64,000 nucleotides of DNA from Candidatus Latescibacterota bacterium (GTDB taxonomy: Bacteria; Latescibacterota; UBA2968; GCA-2709665), in the NCBI GenBank assembly GCA_965116875.1, contig OZ220733.1, positions 5,184,001 through 5,248,000 on the forward strand, in the 5' to 3' direction. Positions within the stretch are counted from its first letter, which is position 1; every line of letters begins with the position of its first letter. The translations under genes and the position numbers were made by a program. Below, piece after piece: positions 47,903-58,260 of this stretch. The notes below the pieces were generated by a model. It did not search any database. It saw only the letters and a list, made by a program, of their open reading frames with translations, and was not told the DNA's origin.

Positions 47903-48795
47903 AGCCGCATGTCCCTCGCGCGGGCTTCAACCACGTCGTAGTCTCCATGGAATGCCGACCGGAACGCGATCTCTTCGGTGGCCACCGCGGCGAAATCGTC
48001 CGTTTCCGCAACAAGCAGCGGCTTGAAGGAATACGGATCCCGGACAAAACCCACGGCGTCGGGCGTGGCCACCAGATAGCTGAACGAGCCGTCCAGGTCT
48101 GTCAGAGAAGCGTCCATTGCCGCCTCAAGGTCCCTTCCGTCCGAAAGCTGCCGGCGGAGATACATCCCGATGATTTCAGAGTCGTTCTCCGTATAGAACC
48201 GGGCGCCTTCCTGCTCGTATATGCGCCGCAGCTTGTGATAGTTCGTGATGTGCCCGTTGTGAACGATGGCAAGGTCCGGATGACCGTGGGCCCAGAACGG
48301 CTGGGAGTGGCTCAGGTCGATCCGCGACTCCGTGGACAGGCGGGTATGTCCGATGCCGTGCGTCCCTTCGAAGCCGGAAATCCCGTACGTTCTGTCAAGG
48401 TTGCGGGGCGACCCCACCTGCTTTACGATTTCCAGACTGCCCCCCATACTCACCACCTCCACGCCCTCGCCCGCGGCTTCGATTGCCTGTTCCAGCCTGC
48501 TCGCGTCGCCTCCATAAGCGATCACCAACCGCAGGTACTCCTCCGTGCGTGTCCACTCGGCCAGGGCGCCCAGTGCCTCCGCACTCGAAACGACCCGCCG
48601 CGTGGTTGATTCATAATCCGTTGTTTCTCCCAGATTTACGCGCAGGACCATCCGTCCGTCCCGCCCGTCGCCATAAAGCGCCACGCCAGCCGAATCCGGC
48701 CCCCGGCAATCCAGGGCGCCCAGCATCTTCAAAATGGTCCGCCCGAGCTCTCCGGTGTCCTCCCCCCGGTTCCAGAACCCCACGATTCCACACAT
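47890..48795 (-). CDS. mgsA: Class II glutamine amidotransferase (MgsA-like), copy 1
   Basis: MCGIVG, RGPDSAG, GHTRLSTES, HNGHITN, ENDSE. Confidence 0.82.
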   Translation of the reverse strand: MCGIVGFWNRGEDTGELGRTILKMLGALDCRGPDSAGVALYGDGRDGRMVLRVNLGETTDYESTTRRVVSSAEALGALAEWTRTEEYLRLVIAYGGDASRLEQAIEAAGEGVEVVSMGGSLEIVKQVGSPRNLDRTYGISGFEGTHGIGHTRLSTESRIDLSHSQPFWAHGHPDLAIVHNGHITNYHKLRRIYEQEGARFYTENDSEIIGMYLRRQLSDGRDLEAAMDASLTDLDGSFSYLVATPDAVGFVRDPYSFKPLLVAETDDFAAVATEEIAFRSAFHGDYDVVEARARDMRLWHN

Positions 48796-48923
48796 TGCCG
48801 CTCTCCGGAAAAAACACAAAAAAGCCGTACCAACTTCGATGAAGCGGGTACGGATGATCGCACCGCACAGGTTAAAAGTCAAGCCAAAACGATCCGTGTC
48901 CCGTCCAGGGAATATATCGCTAT

Positions 48924-50291
48924 TTATCTACCGCCCGCACCCCCGCAACACCGCTTGAATTTCCTGCCGCTGCCGCACGGACACGGCTCGTTCCGGCCCG
49001 TGCTTCGGGCCCGGACCGCCGCCCTTTCGGATTCCCGGGCGCGCACCCGGCGCATGACGTTCGCGGCCGGCCTTCCCGCGGCAAGCTCCTTCGCCATCAT
49101 CTTCATGTAGGGATCCACGTGGCCGAAGAACATCTTGTACCCGGTGCAGAGGTAGTTCAGCCCAGCTTCTCCGTCCGGCGCGTGGATGAACCTTTGCTTG
49201 GGACAACCCCCGTTGCAGGCAAACCGGTAGTCGCAGGCCCGGCAATACGCCGGCAGGGTATCCCGTTTGTCGGACCCGAATTTCTCCTGCAGGGGGCTGG
49301 CGACCATCTCGCGGATGCTCTTTTCTCGGACGTTGCCGAGATTGTACTGCGGATAGACGAAGTGGTCGCAGGAATACAAGTCCCCATTGTGTTCGATGAT
49401 CAGCGCCCTGCCGCACTCTTCCGCGAAAATGCAGAGGCTGGCATCCTGGCCCATCCAGCTCCCCAGCGCGATATCGAACATCTGGACGAAATACCGGCCC
49501 ACGTCCTTCCGGACCCACTCGTCGAAGACCCCGCAAAGGAACCGGCCGTATTGGGCAGAACCGACCGACCACTTCGAGACCCGGGCCCGTCCTTCGAACT
49601 CCGGCGCGACGAGCTGCAGCAGATCGTCGCCAGGTTCGGCCGCGATCCGCTCCACAATCGGGATAAACTGCATGTACCGGCTGCCTATGGATTTGAGAAA
49701 GCGATAGACTTCCACCGGGTAATCCGCGTTGTGGGCCTGCAGCACCGTGAGCGTATTGTATTCAACCCGGTGTTTCTGAAGGACTTTCAGACCCTCCATC
49801 ACCCGATCGAACGTGGGCTTTCCCCCTTTGTCCACGCGGTAGCGGTCGTGCATCTCCCTGGGGCCGTCCACGGACAGCCCCACGAGAAACCGGTGTTTTG
49901 CCAGGAACTCGCCCCACTCGTCATCGAGAAGAATCCCGTTGGTCTGAAACGCGTTCGTGACGGTTTTTCCATTGGCATACCGCGCCTGGAGGGCCACGGC
50001 CCGGCGGTAGAAGTCCACACCCATCAGCGTGGGCTCCCCGCCCTGCCAGGCGAAATGAACCTCCGGCACATCCTGTGCTTCGATATAGTGCCGGACATAT
50101 AGCTCAAGCGTCTCATCGTCCATCATCCAGTTTCTGCCGGCGTCCGGATACAGCTTTTCCTTTTCAAGGTAAAAGCAGTACTTGCAGTCTATATTACAGA
50201 CCGCGCCGGATGGCTTTGCCATCACGTGGCAGGCCTCCGGGCGTTCAACGGTTGCTTCGTCCGTCGCCATATGTGCTGTGAGCGAATCCAT
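48924..50291 (-). CDS. Anaerobic sulfatase maturase (radical SAM/SPASM) with C-terminal SEC-C motif
   Basis: CNIDCKYCFY, AWQGGEPTL, YSCDHFV, CRAC...CNGGCPK, GRNEPCPCGSGRKFKRCC. Confidence 0.94.
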   Translation of the reverse strand: MDSLTAHMATDEATVERPEACHVMAKPSGAVCNIDCKYCFYLEKEKLYPDAGRNWMMDDETLELYVRHYIEAQDVPEVHFAWQGGEPTLMGVDFYRRAVALQARYANGKTVTNAFQTNGILLDDEWGEFLAKHRFLVGLSVDGPREMHDRYRVDKGGKPTFDRVMEGLKVLQKHRVEYNTLTVLQAHNADYPVEVYRFLKSIGSRYMQFIPIVERIAAEPGDDLLQLVAPEFEGRARVSKWSVGSAQYGRFLCGVFDEWVRKDVGRYFVQMFDIALGSWMGQDASLCIFAEECGRALIIEHNGDLYSCDHFVYPQYNLGNVREKSIREMVASPLQEKFGSDKRDTLPAYCRACDYRFACNGGCPKQRFIHAPDGEAGLNYLCTGYKMFFGHVDPYMKMMAKELAAGRPAANVMRRVRARESERAAVRARSTGRNEPCPCGSGRKFKRCCGGAGGR

Positions 50292-50329
50292 AGAGGCTGT
50301 GCGATTAACCGGTTAACGGCAACCAGCTG

Positions 50330-51172
50330 CTAATCCGTTTCCAAAGCCGCGGGGTCGAACGTGCGGACGTGCGCGTCGCCGCCATCCACCGTGCCCTTCC
50401 ATGCGTACGGGTCCTCTCCCGCAACCATCAGGATGCCGCGGTAGTCGGCAAGCGCCATCTTGCCGTCCTCGGGCGGTCGATGCCAGGGCAACAACGAGTA
50501 GGCGTTCATGTAATGGTTCACCAGCACCCGCCTGAAGCGGTCCGATCTGTTCTTTCGGGACCGGTGCAACAGGTATCCGTTGAAGAAGACCACCGCGCCG
50601 GCGCGACACACGACCGGTATCTCGCCCCTGTCGTCAAATCCGTAGGACTCCTGGGCAAAATCGAATTCCTCGGGCCTGTCGTGCGCGCGCTGGGGATACA
50701 GATAGCCGTTCCGGTGGGAACCCGGCAGTACCCACATACAGCCGTTTTCCACCGTCACGTCGTCCAGGGCGTACCACGCCCCGGTGAGGCTGCGGTCCCG
50801 CGTGGGAATATACACCTCGTCCTGATGCCATGCCTGCCCCGGAAACTGTGGGGGCTTGATGAACAGCATCGACTGCATGCACTTCACATCCGGGGCTACG
50901 AGGCGTGAAAGAACTCTCGATACACCGCGGTGCGCGAGAGCCTCCGCCATGAACGGACTGATACTGTGGGGTTGGTGGATGCACAGATACTGCGAAAGAG
51001 CGGCCTCGTTGGACGTCCCGTCCGGAACCGGCTTCAGATTTTCGCTTTTATACTCTCCGCGACAGAGTTTTACGGCATCCGCACGAATCGCCTTGACGTC
51101 CTCCTCGCTTAACAGCCCTTCCACAACCAGAAAACCCTGTTCTTTGTACGACTCGACCTGCGTTTGTGACAT
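50330..51172 (-). CDS. PhyH family dioxygenase (third)
   Basis: MQSMLFIKPP, AWHQD, ENGCMWVLPGSH, LLHRS. Confidence 0.9.
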   Translation of the reverse strand: MSQTQVESYKEQGFLVVEGLLSEEDVKAIRADAVKLCRGEYKSENLKPVPDGTSNEAALSQYLCIHQPHSISPFMAEALAHRGVSRVLSRLVAPDVKCMQSMLFIKPPQFPGQAWHQDEVYIPTRDRSLTGAWYALDDVTVENGCMWVLPGSHRNGYLYPQRAHDRPEEFDFAQESYGFDDRGEIPVVCRAGAVVFFNGYLLHRSRKNRSDRFRRVLVNHYMNAYSLLPWHRPPEDGKMALADYRGILMVAGEDPYAWKGTVDGGDAHVRTFDPAALETD

Positions 51173-51225
51173 TTCCACCGTGGATCCCCTCGTACTCAAC
51201 GGCCGATATTAACGTAACTTGCTGA

Positions 51226-51254
51226 AAAATAACCGCGATCCGGTTGATTGTCAA
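51226..51254 (-). promoter_or_regulatory. Sigma-70-type promoter
   Basis: Minus-strand TTGACA-17 nt-TATTTT about 50 nt upstream of ATG 51172. Confidence 0.5.
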
Positions 51255-51299
51255 TCCCGATCGGCACGGCCGCGTTGCCTCGTTGCGTGCCGGTCTCTT

Positions 51300-52424
51300 T
51301 CAGGATCTCACCCGGTCATACAACGTCTCCAGCCGCCCGCCCTGTTTCCGCATGTCGTGGGCGTCTTCGACGTGGGCCCTGCCCGCGCTGCCCAATTCCT
51401 CCCGTAATCTGCCGGATCCAAGCAGCGCATCCAGTCCGTCAGCCAGTCCGTCCACGTTCCGCTCCGGGAACAACAGCGCGCACCGTCTGTCGGGCGCCAC
51501 CGTGGGTATGTCCGCGTGCAGCGAGGACACAATCGCCAGCCCCGAAGCCATGGCCTCGATCAACGCCACGGGCGCACCGCCCTCGGTATCGCCGTCGGCG
51601 GCGGTCACGCTTGGATACAACAACACGGAAGCCCGTGCGAGTTCCTCCAGGCAGCTCTCGTGAGGCAACACGCCCAACAGGGTCACGCGGTCTTCGAGGC
51701 CGAGGCGCCAGATCTCGCGTTCCACGTCCGTACGCAGTTCTCCATCGCCGATAATGCGTACCTTCAGACCGGGATGCGATCCGATGATCTTCCGGCAGGC
51801 CCGGAGCCCGTATACGTGCCCCTTCTTCTCGCGGAAATTGGCATACATCAATACGACGCCTTCATGTCTGCCATCGGGCCGAGCATGGCGGATCTTCTCG
51901 AGGTCGACGCCCAGCCGGTGCACATGCACCTTCTCGTAGGCGCAACCGACGGTGACAAGCGATTCGCCCATTCGCGGGCCTTCAACCAGAAAGAGCTCTC
52001 CCTCGCGGAACAGCCGCTGAAACCGGCGTCTCCAGAGCCGCTTTCGTGGCAGTGCGGAAGCATCCATCCCGTAGAAGGTGGTAACCATCGGAATCCCGGC
52101 GCTGCGGCGCGCTTCCAGGCAGAAATAGCCCTCCTGCCCGAAATGGGCATGGATGACCGAGGCGCGTTCCTCCCGGAGAATTCCCCCGTATCCGGCGTAC
52201 GTTCCCCGGATCTTGCGGACCACCCGGTAGGCGGACCGGCGCAGCCGGGGCAGATCTTCGCTGGAATAGAGCGTCTCCACCGGAAACACCCGCTCATTCT
52301 GCCGCGCCTGCGTCATCACGACCGGCCGATATCGCCTCAAACTGCGTATCTGGTCGTAACACCAGACCATGGTCAGGGTCAGAAACGGATTCGCGCATTG
52401 CGCCACCGTCGGCTTTTCCGGCAT
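51300..52424 (-). CDS. Glycosyltransferase family 4 (WcaL-like)
   Basis: IHAHFG, EKKG, IIGDGEL, PSVTAADGDTEGG.PV.LIEAMA. Confidence 0.9.
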   Translation of the reverse strand: MPEKPTVAQCANPFLTLTMVWCYDQIRSLRRYRPVVMTQARQNERVFPVETLYSSEDLPRLRRSAYRVVRKIRGTYAGYGGILREERASVIHAHFGQEGYFCLEARRSAGIPMVTTFYGMDASALPRKRLWRRRFQRLFREGELFLVEGPRMGESLVTVGCAYEKVHVHRLGVDLEKIRHARPDGRHEGVVLMYANFREKKGHVYGLRACRKIIGSHPGLKVRIIGDGELRTDVEREIWRLGLEDRVTLLGVLPHESCLEELARASVLLYPSVTAADGDTEGGAPVALIEAMASGLAIVSSLHADIPTVAPDRRCALLFPERNVDGLADGLDALLGSGRLREELGSAGRAHVEDAHDMRKQGGRLETLYDRVRS

Positions 52425-52429
52425 TCACT

Positions 52430-52507
52430 TACCTTGATTCGTATGTGTTCGTGGACGTTAGATCGAATAGTTGCAAGTTGATAAAGGCGATTGAACTGCC
52501 GATTACC
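52430..52507 (-). repeat. Dispersed block-conserved element, copy C
   Basis: GGTAATCGGCAG...GCCTTTAT-N11-TATTCGA-TC-TAACGTCC-N12-GAATCAAGGT ending just upstream of ATG 52424. Confidence 0.65.
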
Positions 52508-52537
52508 CTGTCTGCCTGCGTTCGACAGGCAGGCAGG
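52507..52537. repeat. 12-bp hairpin, REP-like
   Basis: CCTGTCTGCCTG-CGTTCGA-CAGGCAGGCAGG. Confidence 0.55.
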
Positions 52538-52645
52538 ATACACCCGGTCACTGGACGCGAACGGAAAAATCGCCCTTCCTGACGACCATTTCGGCCGGAT
52601 TCGGAAGCTTTCGTCGCGGCGCGAGTTCCGGCCGCGACGAAACAC

Positions 52646-52674
52646 TTGACACCCCGCGCCGCATCGCATAATAT
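52646..52674 (+). promoter_or_regulatory. Sigma-70-type promoter for rhaB
   Basis: TTGACA-17 nt-TAATAT about 85 nt upstream of ATG 52758. Confidence 0.55.
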
Positions 52675-52757
52675 CGCAAACGTTCGACCCCGGCACAAAC
52701 GGAAGCCGGAATCGCTGTCAGCACGCCGTTGACAGGTTCATCCGGGAAGGAATCGCA

Positions 52758-54248
52758 ATGACGCAGAACTATCTGGCCTTCGATCTCGGCGCGTCCAGCG
52801 GACGGGCCGTCATCGGTCGTTTCGACGGAAGCACCGTCGAACTCGAAGAAATCCATCGCTTCGCCAACGGCCCCATACCCGTGGCGGGCGGCCTGTACTG
52901 GGACGCGCTGAGGCTCTACGACGATATGCTCACGGGTCTGCGAAAATGCGCCCGGATCTCCGGTCCGGAACCGGCGGGAATCGGTATCGATACCTGGGGG
53001 GTGGATTTCGCGCTCCTGGACGACCGCGATGAACTCCTGGGCAATCCTCGCTGTTACCGTGACCCGCGCGTTCAGGGCATGATGGACCGGGCATTCAGCC
53101 GGGTATCCAGAGAAGCAATCTTCGAGCAGACCGGCCTGCAGTTTCTGGAGATCAACACACTCTACCAGCTCCTGTCCATGACGGAAAAGAACCCGCGGCG
53201 CCTGCGCATGGCAAGTACATTTCTGATGATGCCGGACCTGTTCAACTTCTGGCTGACCGGACGCAAAGTGTGCGAGTTTTCGAACGCCACAACCACCCAG
53301 TTCCACAATCCAGGGACGGGCGGGTGGGCGACGGACCTGCTGGACCGGCTCGGGATCCCGGCAGATATGCTGCCGGAAATCGTCCTGCCGGGAACGACGC
53401 TGGGTCCGCTTCGGCCGGAGATTGCCGCGGATGCCGGCATCCGGTCGGGTGGCGTCATCGCGCCGGCCTGTCACGACACCGGATCGGCTGTGGCGGCAGT
53501 ACCGTTTTCCAGCCCGGACACGGCCTATATCAGCTCCGGCACGTGGGCGCTCCTCGGCGCGGAACTGCCGGCCCCCATGGTGACGCGTGCCGCCCTCCGA
53601 CACAACTTTACGAACGAGGGCGGGGTGTGCGGCACCTACCGTTTCCTCAAGAACATAACGGGGCTGTGGATCGTCCAGGAATGCAGACGCATATGGGAAA
53701 ACCAGGGGCGCGCAACTTCCTTCGCCGAACTCGTCAGACTGGCCGAAACGGCGCCCGCGCTGACCTCGTTCATTGATCCCGACCATTCTGATTTCCTGGA
53801 GCCCGGGGATATGCCGGCCCGCATCCGCGCATACTGCGGGCGTACGGGACAGACCCGGCCCGCCACCGAGGGCGCCGTCATCCGGTGCGCCCTGGAAAGC
53901 CTTGCCCTCAAGTGCCGGTGCGTTCTTGAGGATCTCGAGTCCGTCCTTGAACGAAGGCTGCACACCATCCACGTCGTGGGTGGGGGGGTCCATAACACCC
54001 TGCTGAACCAGTTTACCGCCAATGCCACCGGCAGGCCGGTTGTCGCCGGTCCGGCTGAAGCCACCGCCATGGGTAATATCCTCATGCAGGTTTACGCGCG
54101 AGGCGAAGTCGACTCCCTTGCCGGTCTTCGCGAAGTCGTACGCAATTCCACGGAGATCGTGACGTTCGAGCCGGACGGCGGCGACGAATGGGAAGACGCG
54201 TACGTACGGTTTCGGCCGTTATTGAACGACGGGGCCGACGTCCTCTGA
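52758..54248 (+). CDS. rhaB: Rhamnulokinase family carbohydrate kinase
   Basis: AFDLGASSGR, IDTWGVDF, NTLYQL, HDTGSAV, ISSGTW, TNEGG, KNITGLW. Confidence 0.88.
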   Translation: MTQNYLAFDLGASSGRAVIGRFDGSTVELEEIHRFANGPIPVAGGLYWDALRLYDDMLTGLRKCARISGPEPAGIGIDTWGVDFALLDDRDELLGNPRCYRDPRVQGMMDRAFSRVSREAIFEQTGLQFLEINTLYQLLSMTEKNPRRLRMASTFLMMPDLFNFWLTGRKVCEFSNATTTQFHNPGTGGWATDLLDRLGIPADMLPEIVLPGTTLGPLRPEIAADAGIRSGGVIAPACHDTGSAVAAVPFSSPDTAYISSGTWALLGAELPAPMVTRAALRHNFTNEGGVCGTYRFLKNITGLWIVQECRRIWENQGRATSFAELVRLAETAPALTSFIDPDHSDFLEPGDMPARIRAYCGRTGQTRPATEGAVIRCALESLALKCRCVLEDLESVLERRLHTIHVVGGGVHNTLLNQFTANATGRPVVAGPAEATAMGNILMQVYARGEVDSLAGLREVVRNSTEIVTFEPDGGDEWEDAYVRFRPLLNDGADVL

Positions 54249-54265
54249 ACGGGCATCCGCCGAGA

Positions 54266-57200
54266 TCAGAACAGAGAAAGCTGGTCCGCCTGCCTGACCC
54301 GCCGTACCGGGGACAGGCGCTCCCGTTTCAGGAATTCCGGGGGAATATCACCCAGGAATCGGGACGGCTCCGAACGGACCCGCTCGCCGAAACGCGTCCT
54401 GTTTCGCGCACAGAGCATGACGGCCTCATCCATGGCCCGGGTCAGCCCCACGAACAACAGCCGCCGCTCTTCCTGCTCGTCGCCGTTTGCGTGCGGAATC
54501 AGGCCCTCCTCCACGCCACAGATGAACACGACGGGAAACTCCAGCCCCTTCGACGCGTGCAGGGTTGACAGCGTGACCGCTTCGGCACGGGGCCGCTCGA
54601 CGCCGCCAACACGCACATGGTCGGCGTCGGCGCCCAGTACCAGCGTATCGAGGAACGTGCGGACCGTATGGAAGTTGACCGCCATCCGTGCAAGGCGCGC
54701 GAGATCCTCATCCTCTTCCTCCCCGGCGACTTCCTGCCATGTCCTCACCAGCGACTCGACGGATACCGTTTCCGCCATTCTCCTGAATGCCCCGGCGGCG
54801 TCCTCCAGTGCGGAGATCTTCTCGCGAGCGGCCTTCGGCAGATTGCAAACCGACAGGTCGCCACCTGCACGCCGGAGCCGATTCAACGCCGCGTTTCCGG
54901 GATGGAAGACGGGAACCGCCAGTGCGCGCAGCAAACGCAGGAATCCGGGAGGGCGGAACGCGTAATTGAAAAAGGAGATCGCGTGACGCACGTTCTCCGC
55001 TGAAAGAAGACCCTTCTGGCCGACCACCCGGTACGGCAATCCCTCTTCAATAAAACAACGTTCTATGGCCTCCGCCTGACGGCCGGTCCTGAACAGCACG
55101 GCAAAATCCGACAGGCTCCGGTCGCCTCCACCTCTCGCCGACTGACGCCCGCCAACCTCGTCGGCCTGCTGCATATCGGCGCCGCCCATCATCCGGCTGA
55201 TCTCGCGGACCACCGCGATACCCTCCGCCGTCTCGCCGGACAAGGAAAGCAGCCGAGCCGTAACGCCCTTTTCCCTGACGGCGTTCAACTCACGACCATC
55301 TCCGATCACGGAGACGGCCGCACCCGCGATCTGGCGCGTGGAACGATATGACCGATCCAGCACAATCGTCCGCGAGGACGGCAGGTCTTCCCGGAGCATG
55401 TCAAAGTACGCCGGACTCGCGCCGCGAAATCCGTAGATGGCCTGGTCCGGATCGCCGATCACGAACAGGCCGGCACCGTCGCGGGAAAGTGCGGTCACCA
55501 GTTGGTACTGCACCGCATTCACGTCCTGAAACTCGTCCACGAGTACGTGCGCAAACCTGTTCAGGACCCGCCCGGAGGCCGCGCCTCCCTTGTGCAGCAT
55601 CCCCAGGAATTCCAGGAGAATGTCGTCGAAATCCCACACACCCAGTCTACGCAGGCGGTTTTGGTACGCTACACCAACGCCCCGCAACGCCTCGGCTGCG
55701 TCCGCATCGGGATTGGTCTTCGCAAATGAGATCGCCAACCGCGCATCCCGCGCGGACATGCTGACTTCAGCATCCGCAATGACTTCGGCCGCCAGCTGTG
55801 TCGCCTCCACCTCGTCGATGACCTGAGGCAACTCACCTGACGTGCAGTCTTTCATCAGATTCAGCGCCACGGCGTGAAATGTGCCCAGCGTCAACCCGTC
55901 CGGAATTCCTTTGTCCGGCAACAGATTGTGGACGCGTTCCCGCATCTCCGCCGCGGCCTTATTCGTAAACGTCACCGCCAGGATCGACTCCGGCGGCACG
56001 CCCGCTTCCCCGATCAGCCGCGCCAACCGGTGGGTCAATACCCGCGTCTTACCTGTACCGGGGCCGGCCACCACGATGACAGGACCGCTTTCCCGTTCGA
56101 CCGCCGCCTTCTGCGCGTCGTCCAGTCCACCTTCACCGGCAAACTCCCCGATCTCCTGCGCTTCACCGTTTCCGCCCGATGGTTCATCGCACGATGGCGG
56201 CGCCTGAAGCGATGGCACTGCCGTCGCCGCTTCCGGTATTTCAGGCAGATCGAACAGCGCGGGCTGCCGGCTCAGCCGGGTGCGGTCTTCCTCCGAGAAG
56301 ACCTGAATCCTGCCGTACTCGCCGTCGTAACCCGCGGCGATCTCCACCTCCCCGGTGCGCATCCGCCTCACGCCCTCCGCCACGAGCGGCTCACCGCAGC
56401 CGGCGATCGTCTCCGGGGATACGTCCCTCAGAATGGCAAGTTCGGGCCCCAATTTCGCCAGCATCCGTTCGTACACGGCCTGGACCCGCTTGCTGGTAGG
56501 CCCCACCCCCAATACGGAGCCGATGACTTCCTGAAGTGGAATCAGATTCTCATACGGCGGCGCCACGGAGGGCTTTTCTCCCTCCGCCCTGTCTGCCAAC
56601 TGCTCGACACGGTGGAGGACGCCGACTGTCAACCGCTTGCCGCACTCCGGGCACAGGCAGTCCGCGGCAATCGACTGTCTCGGCTCCCAGCGGACGCCGC
56701 ATTTCCGATGTCCGTCGAGGTGATATTTGCCTTCTTCGGGATAGAATTCCAGCGTCCCGAGGAACCGCTCGGAGTCTCTCGATTTCAACGCCTCGTATAT
56801 GCCTCTGTAAGACAGTTCGGTATCGAAACAGGTGGCCTCACGCGCCAGTTTCGGCGGGGAATGCGCATCCGAATTGGACACGATCGCGTATCGGTCCAGC
56901 ATGGACAGGCGCCAGTTCATCGGCGGATCGGACGAGAGACCCGTCTCGACGGCGAAAATCGCGGGCAGCATATCTTCAAAACACTCCTCGAGCGTATCGA
57001 ACCCGGAACTGGCGCCCAGCACCGCGAAATGGGGCGTCCATATATGCGCAGGAATGAAGAGTACGTCTTCCGACGCTTCGAGGCAGATTTCGACGAGGTC
57101 CCTGCTGTCCAACCCAAGGATGGGCCGCCCGTCCGACTTCAGATTCCCGATGTCCCCCAGGCGGGCATTCAACCGCTCCACCGCCTCAAATCCGGGCATC

Positions 57201-57535
57201 AACACCACGTGGTGAACTTTGCGCGTTTTGTCGTTCTTCTTGTAGATCACGCTGATCTCGGTGGACAGCACGAATCGCACCGTATTTCTGCATCGCTCCG
57301 GGAGGTCTTCGTCCACCGCGGCCTGACGCGCCGGTTTCAGCCGGAAGAGCCCCTCCTCCGCGGGCTCCAGCCGGTCTTTCAACTCCGCGATCCACTCGGG
57401 GTGGGTGAAGTCGCCCGTTCCCACAACGTTCACGCCTTTTAGCGCGGACCATCTGTAGAGATTTTCCGGGTTCAGCGCACGGCTGGTCGCCCTGGAAAAC
57501 CGGGAGTGTAGATGTACGTCCGCTACAAAACGCAT
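54266..57535 (-). CDS. PHP/endonuclease Q-like domain fused to a UvrD/Rep helicase
   Basis: ADVHLHSRFS, GTGDFTHP, AHIWTP, SNSDAHS, GKYH.DGHR.C; AGPGTGKT, VDEFQD, GDPDQAIYGFRGA, TLHASKGLEF. Confidence 0.92.
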   Translation of the reverse strand: MRFVADVHLHSRFSRATSRALNPENLYRWSALKGVNVVGTGDFTHPEWIAELKDRLEPAEEGLFRLKPARQAAVDEDLPERCRNTVRFVLSTEISVIYKKNDKTRKVHHVVLMPGFEAVERLNARLGDIGNLKSDGRPILGLDSRDLVEICLEASEDVLFIPAHIWTPHFAVLGASSGFDTLEECFEDMLPAIFAVETGLSSDPPMNWRLSMLDRYAIVSNSDAHSPPKLAREATCFDTELSYRGIYEALKSRDSERFLGTLEFYPEEGKYHLDGHRKCGVRWEPRQSIAADCLCPECGKRLTVGVLHRVEQLADRAEGEKPSVAPPYENLIPLQEVIGSVLGVGPTSKRVQAVYERMLAKLGPELAILRDVSPETIAGCGEPLVAEGVRRMRTGEVEIAAGYDGEYGRIQVFSEEDRTRLSRQPALFDLPEIPEAATAVPSLQAPPSCDEPSGGNGEAQEIGEFAGEGGLDDAQKAAVERESGPVIVVAGPGTGKTRVLTHRLARLIGEAGVPPESILAVTFTNKAAAEMRERVHNLLPDKGIPDGLTLGTFHAVALNLMKDCTSGELPQVIDEVEATQLAAEVIADAEVSMSARDARLAISFAKTNPDADAAEALRGVGVAYQNRLRRLGVWDFDDILLEFLGMLHKGGAASGRVLNRFAHVLVDEFQDVNAVQYQLVTALSRDGAGLFVIGDPDQAIYGFRGASPAYFDMLREDLPSSRTIVLDRSYRSTRQIAGAAVSVIGDGRELNAVREKGVTARLLSLSGETAEGIAVVREISRMMGGADMQQADEVGGRQSARGGGDRSLSDFAVLFRTGRQAEAIERCFIEEGLPYRVVGQKGLLSAENVRHAISFFNYAFRPPGFLRLLRALAVPVFHPGNAALNRLRRAGGDLSVCNLPKAAREKISALEDAAGAFRRMAETVSVESLVRTWQEVAGEEEDEDLARLARMAVNFHTVRTFLDTLVLGADADHVRVGGVERPRAEAVTLSTLHASKGLEFPVVFICGVEEGLIPHANGDEQEERRLLFVGLTRAMDEAVMLCARNRTRFGERVRSEPSRFLGDIPPEFLKRERLSPVRRVRQADQLSLF

Positions 57536-57613
57536 GTTGGTCCCTTCAGCCGTTCAGACGGGATGTGGTCAGAAACAAGACACCGTCTCGACGCACGGCG
57601 CAGACGCGTTATT

Positions 57614-58207
57614 TTATGCTTCCAGGGGTCGCTTTGGTATTCTCTCGTATCTCTCTCGACTGGACGACACACACTGAAAAATCTGATATCCACCCTTTTC
57701 AATCCACATATATATTCTTTGACAATATTCGCAAACTCGCAATGCGTGGCCCTCCGGTCGCTTCGCGTCACGGTATAGAAAGTCGTCATAGCCGCCAAGC
57801 AGGTGCGCCATGTCATCCCTGGTGTATCGCTTCAGAAGCATCGCGATAATTTCCGGGGGCAAATCTGAAACTGCCTCCCTGAGATTTCTCGTATCGACAT
57901 CCCAGGGAAACGACAGCCCGTGTCCGCACGCACACCACCGGTCGCTCATATCCCAGTCCTTATGGAACCACCCTTCGTCAAATATGCGTCTGCATTGCGG
58001 ACAGTATTCGTACACGATACTTTCATCCATGCCCTCGTCGCGGATCAACTCGCTGATCCGACTACGGTCGTGGTCCGGCAGACGCTGGAGCTTTACGGTT
58101 GGTTTATGACACCACCGGCATCGTCGAGACTTCCTTCGAAGAAGGACGATTAACACGATGAACCCGACAACGAATATTGCAGAGAAGATTAGGTGCCCGT
58201 TTCCCAT
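57614..58207 (-). CDS. Membrane-anchored double zinc-ribbon hypothetical protein, paralogue 3 (197 aa)
   Basis: N-terminal hydrophobic helix; CRWC, CPQC-RRIF, WCACG, CEYC-QRIYMW, GYQIFQCVSS. Confidence 0.8.
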   Translation of the reverse strand: MGNGHLIFSAIFVVGFIVLIVLLRRKSRRCRWCHKPTVKLQRLPDHDRSRISELIRDEGMDESIVYEYCPQCRRIFDEGWFHKDWDMSDRWCACGHGLSFPWDVDTRNLREAVSDLPPEIIAMLLKRYTRDDMAHLLGGYDDFLYRDAKRPEGHALRVCEYCQRIYMWIEKGGYQIFQCVSSSRERYERIPKRPLEA

Positions 58208-58260
58208 CGGTAATGCTCCTGCCCGAACCCGCGGGCGCGGCGCCGGTAATACGCGTATTA

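Noticed and set aside
11784-57442. Many long overlapping or antisense ORFs in the GC-rich backbone (e.g. 14606-16411, 20752-22215, 41620-43521, 55874-57442)
   Set aside because: They shadow well-supported genes, are Arg/Pro/Gly-rich and carry no motifs; expected in high-GC DNA.
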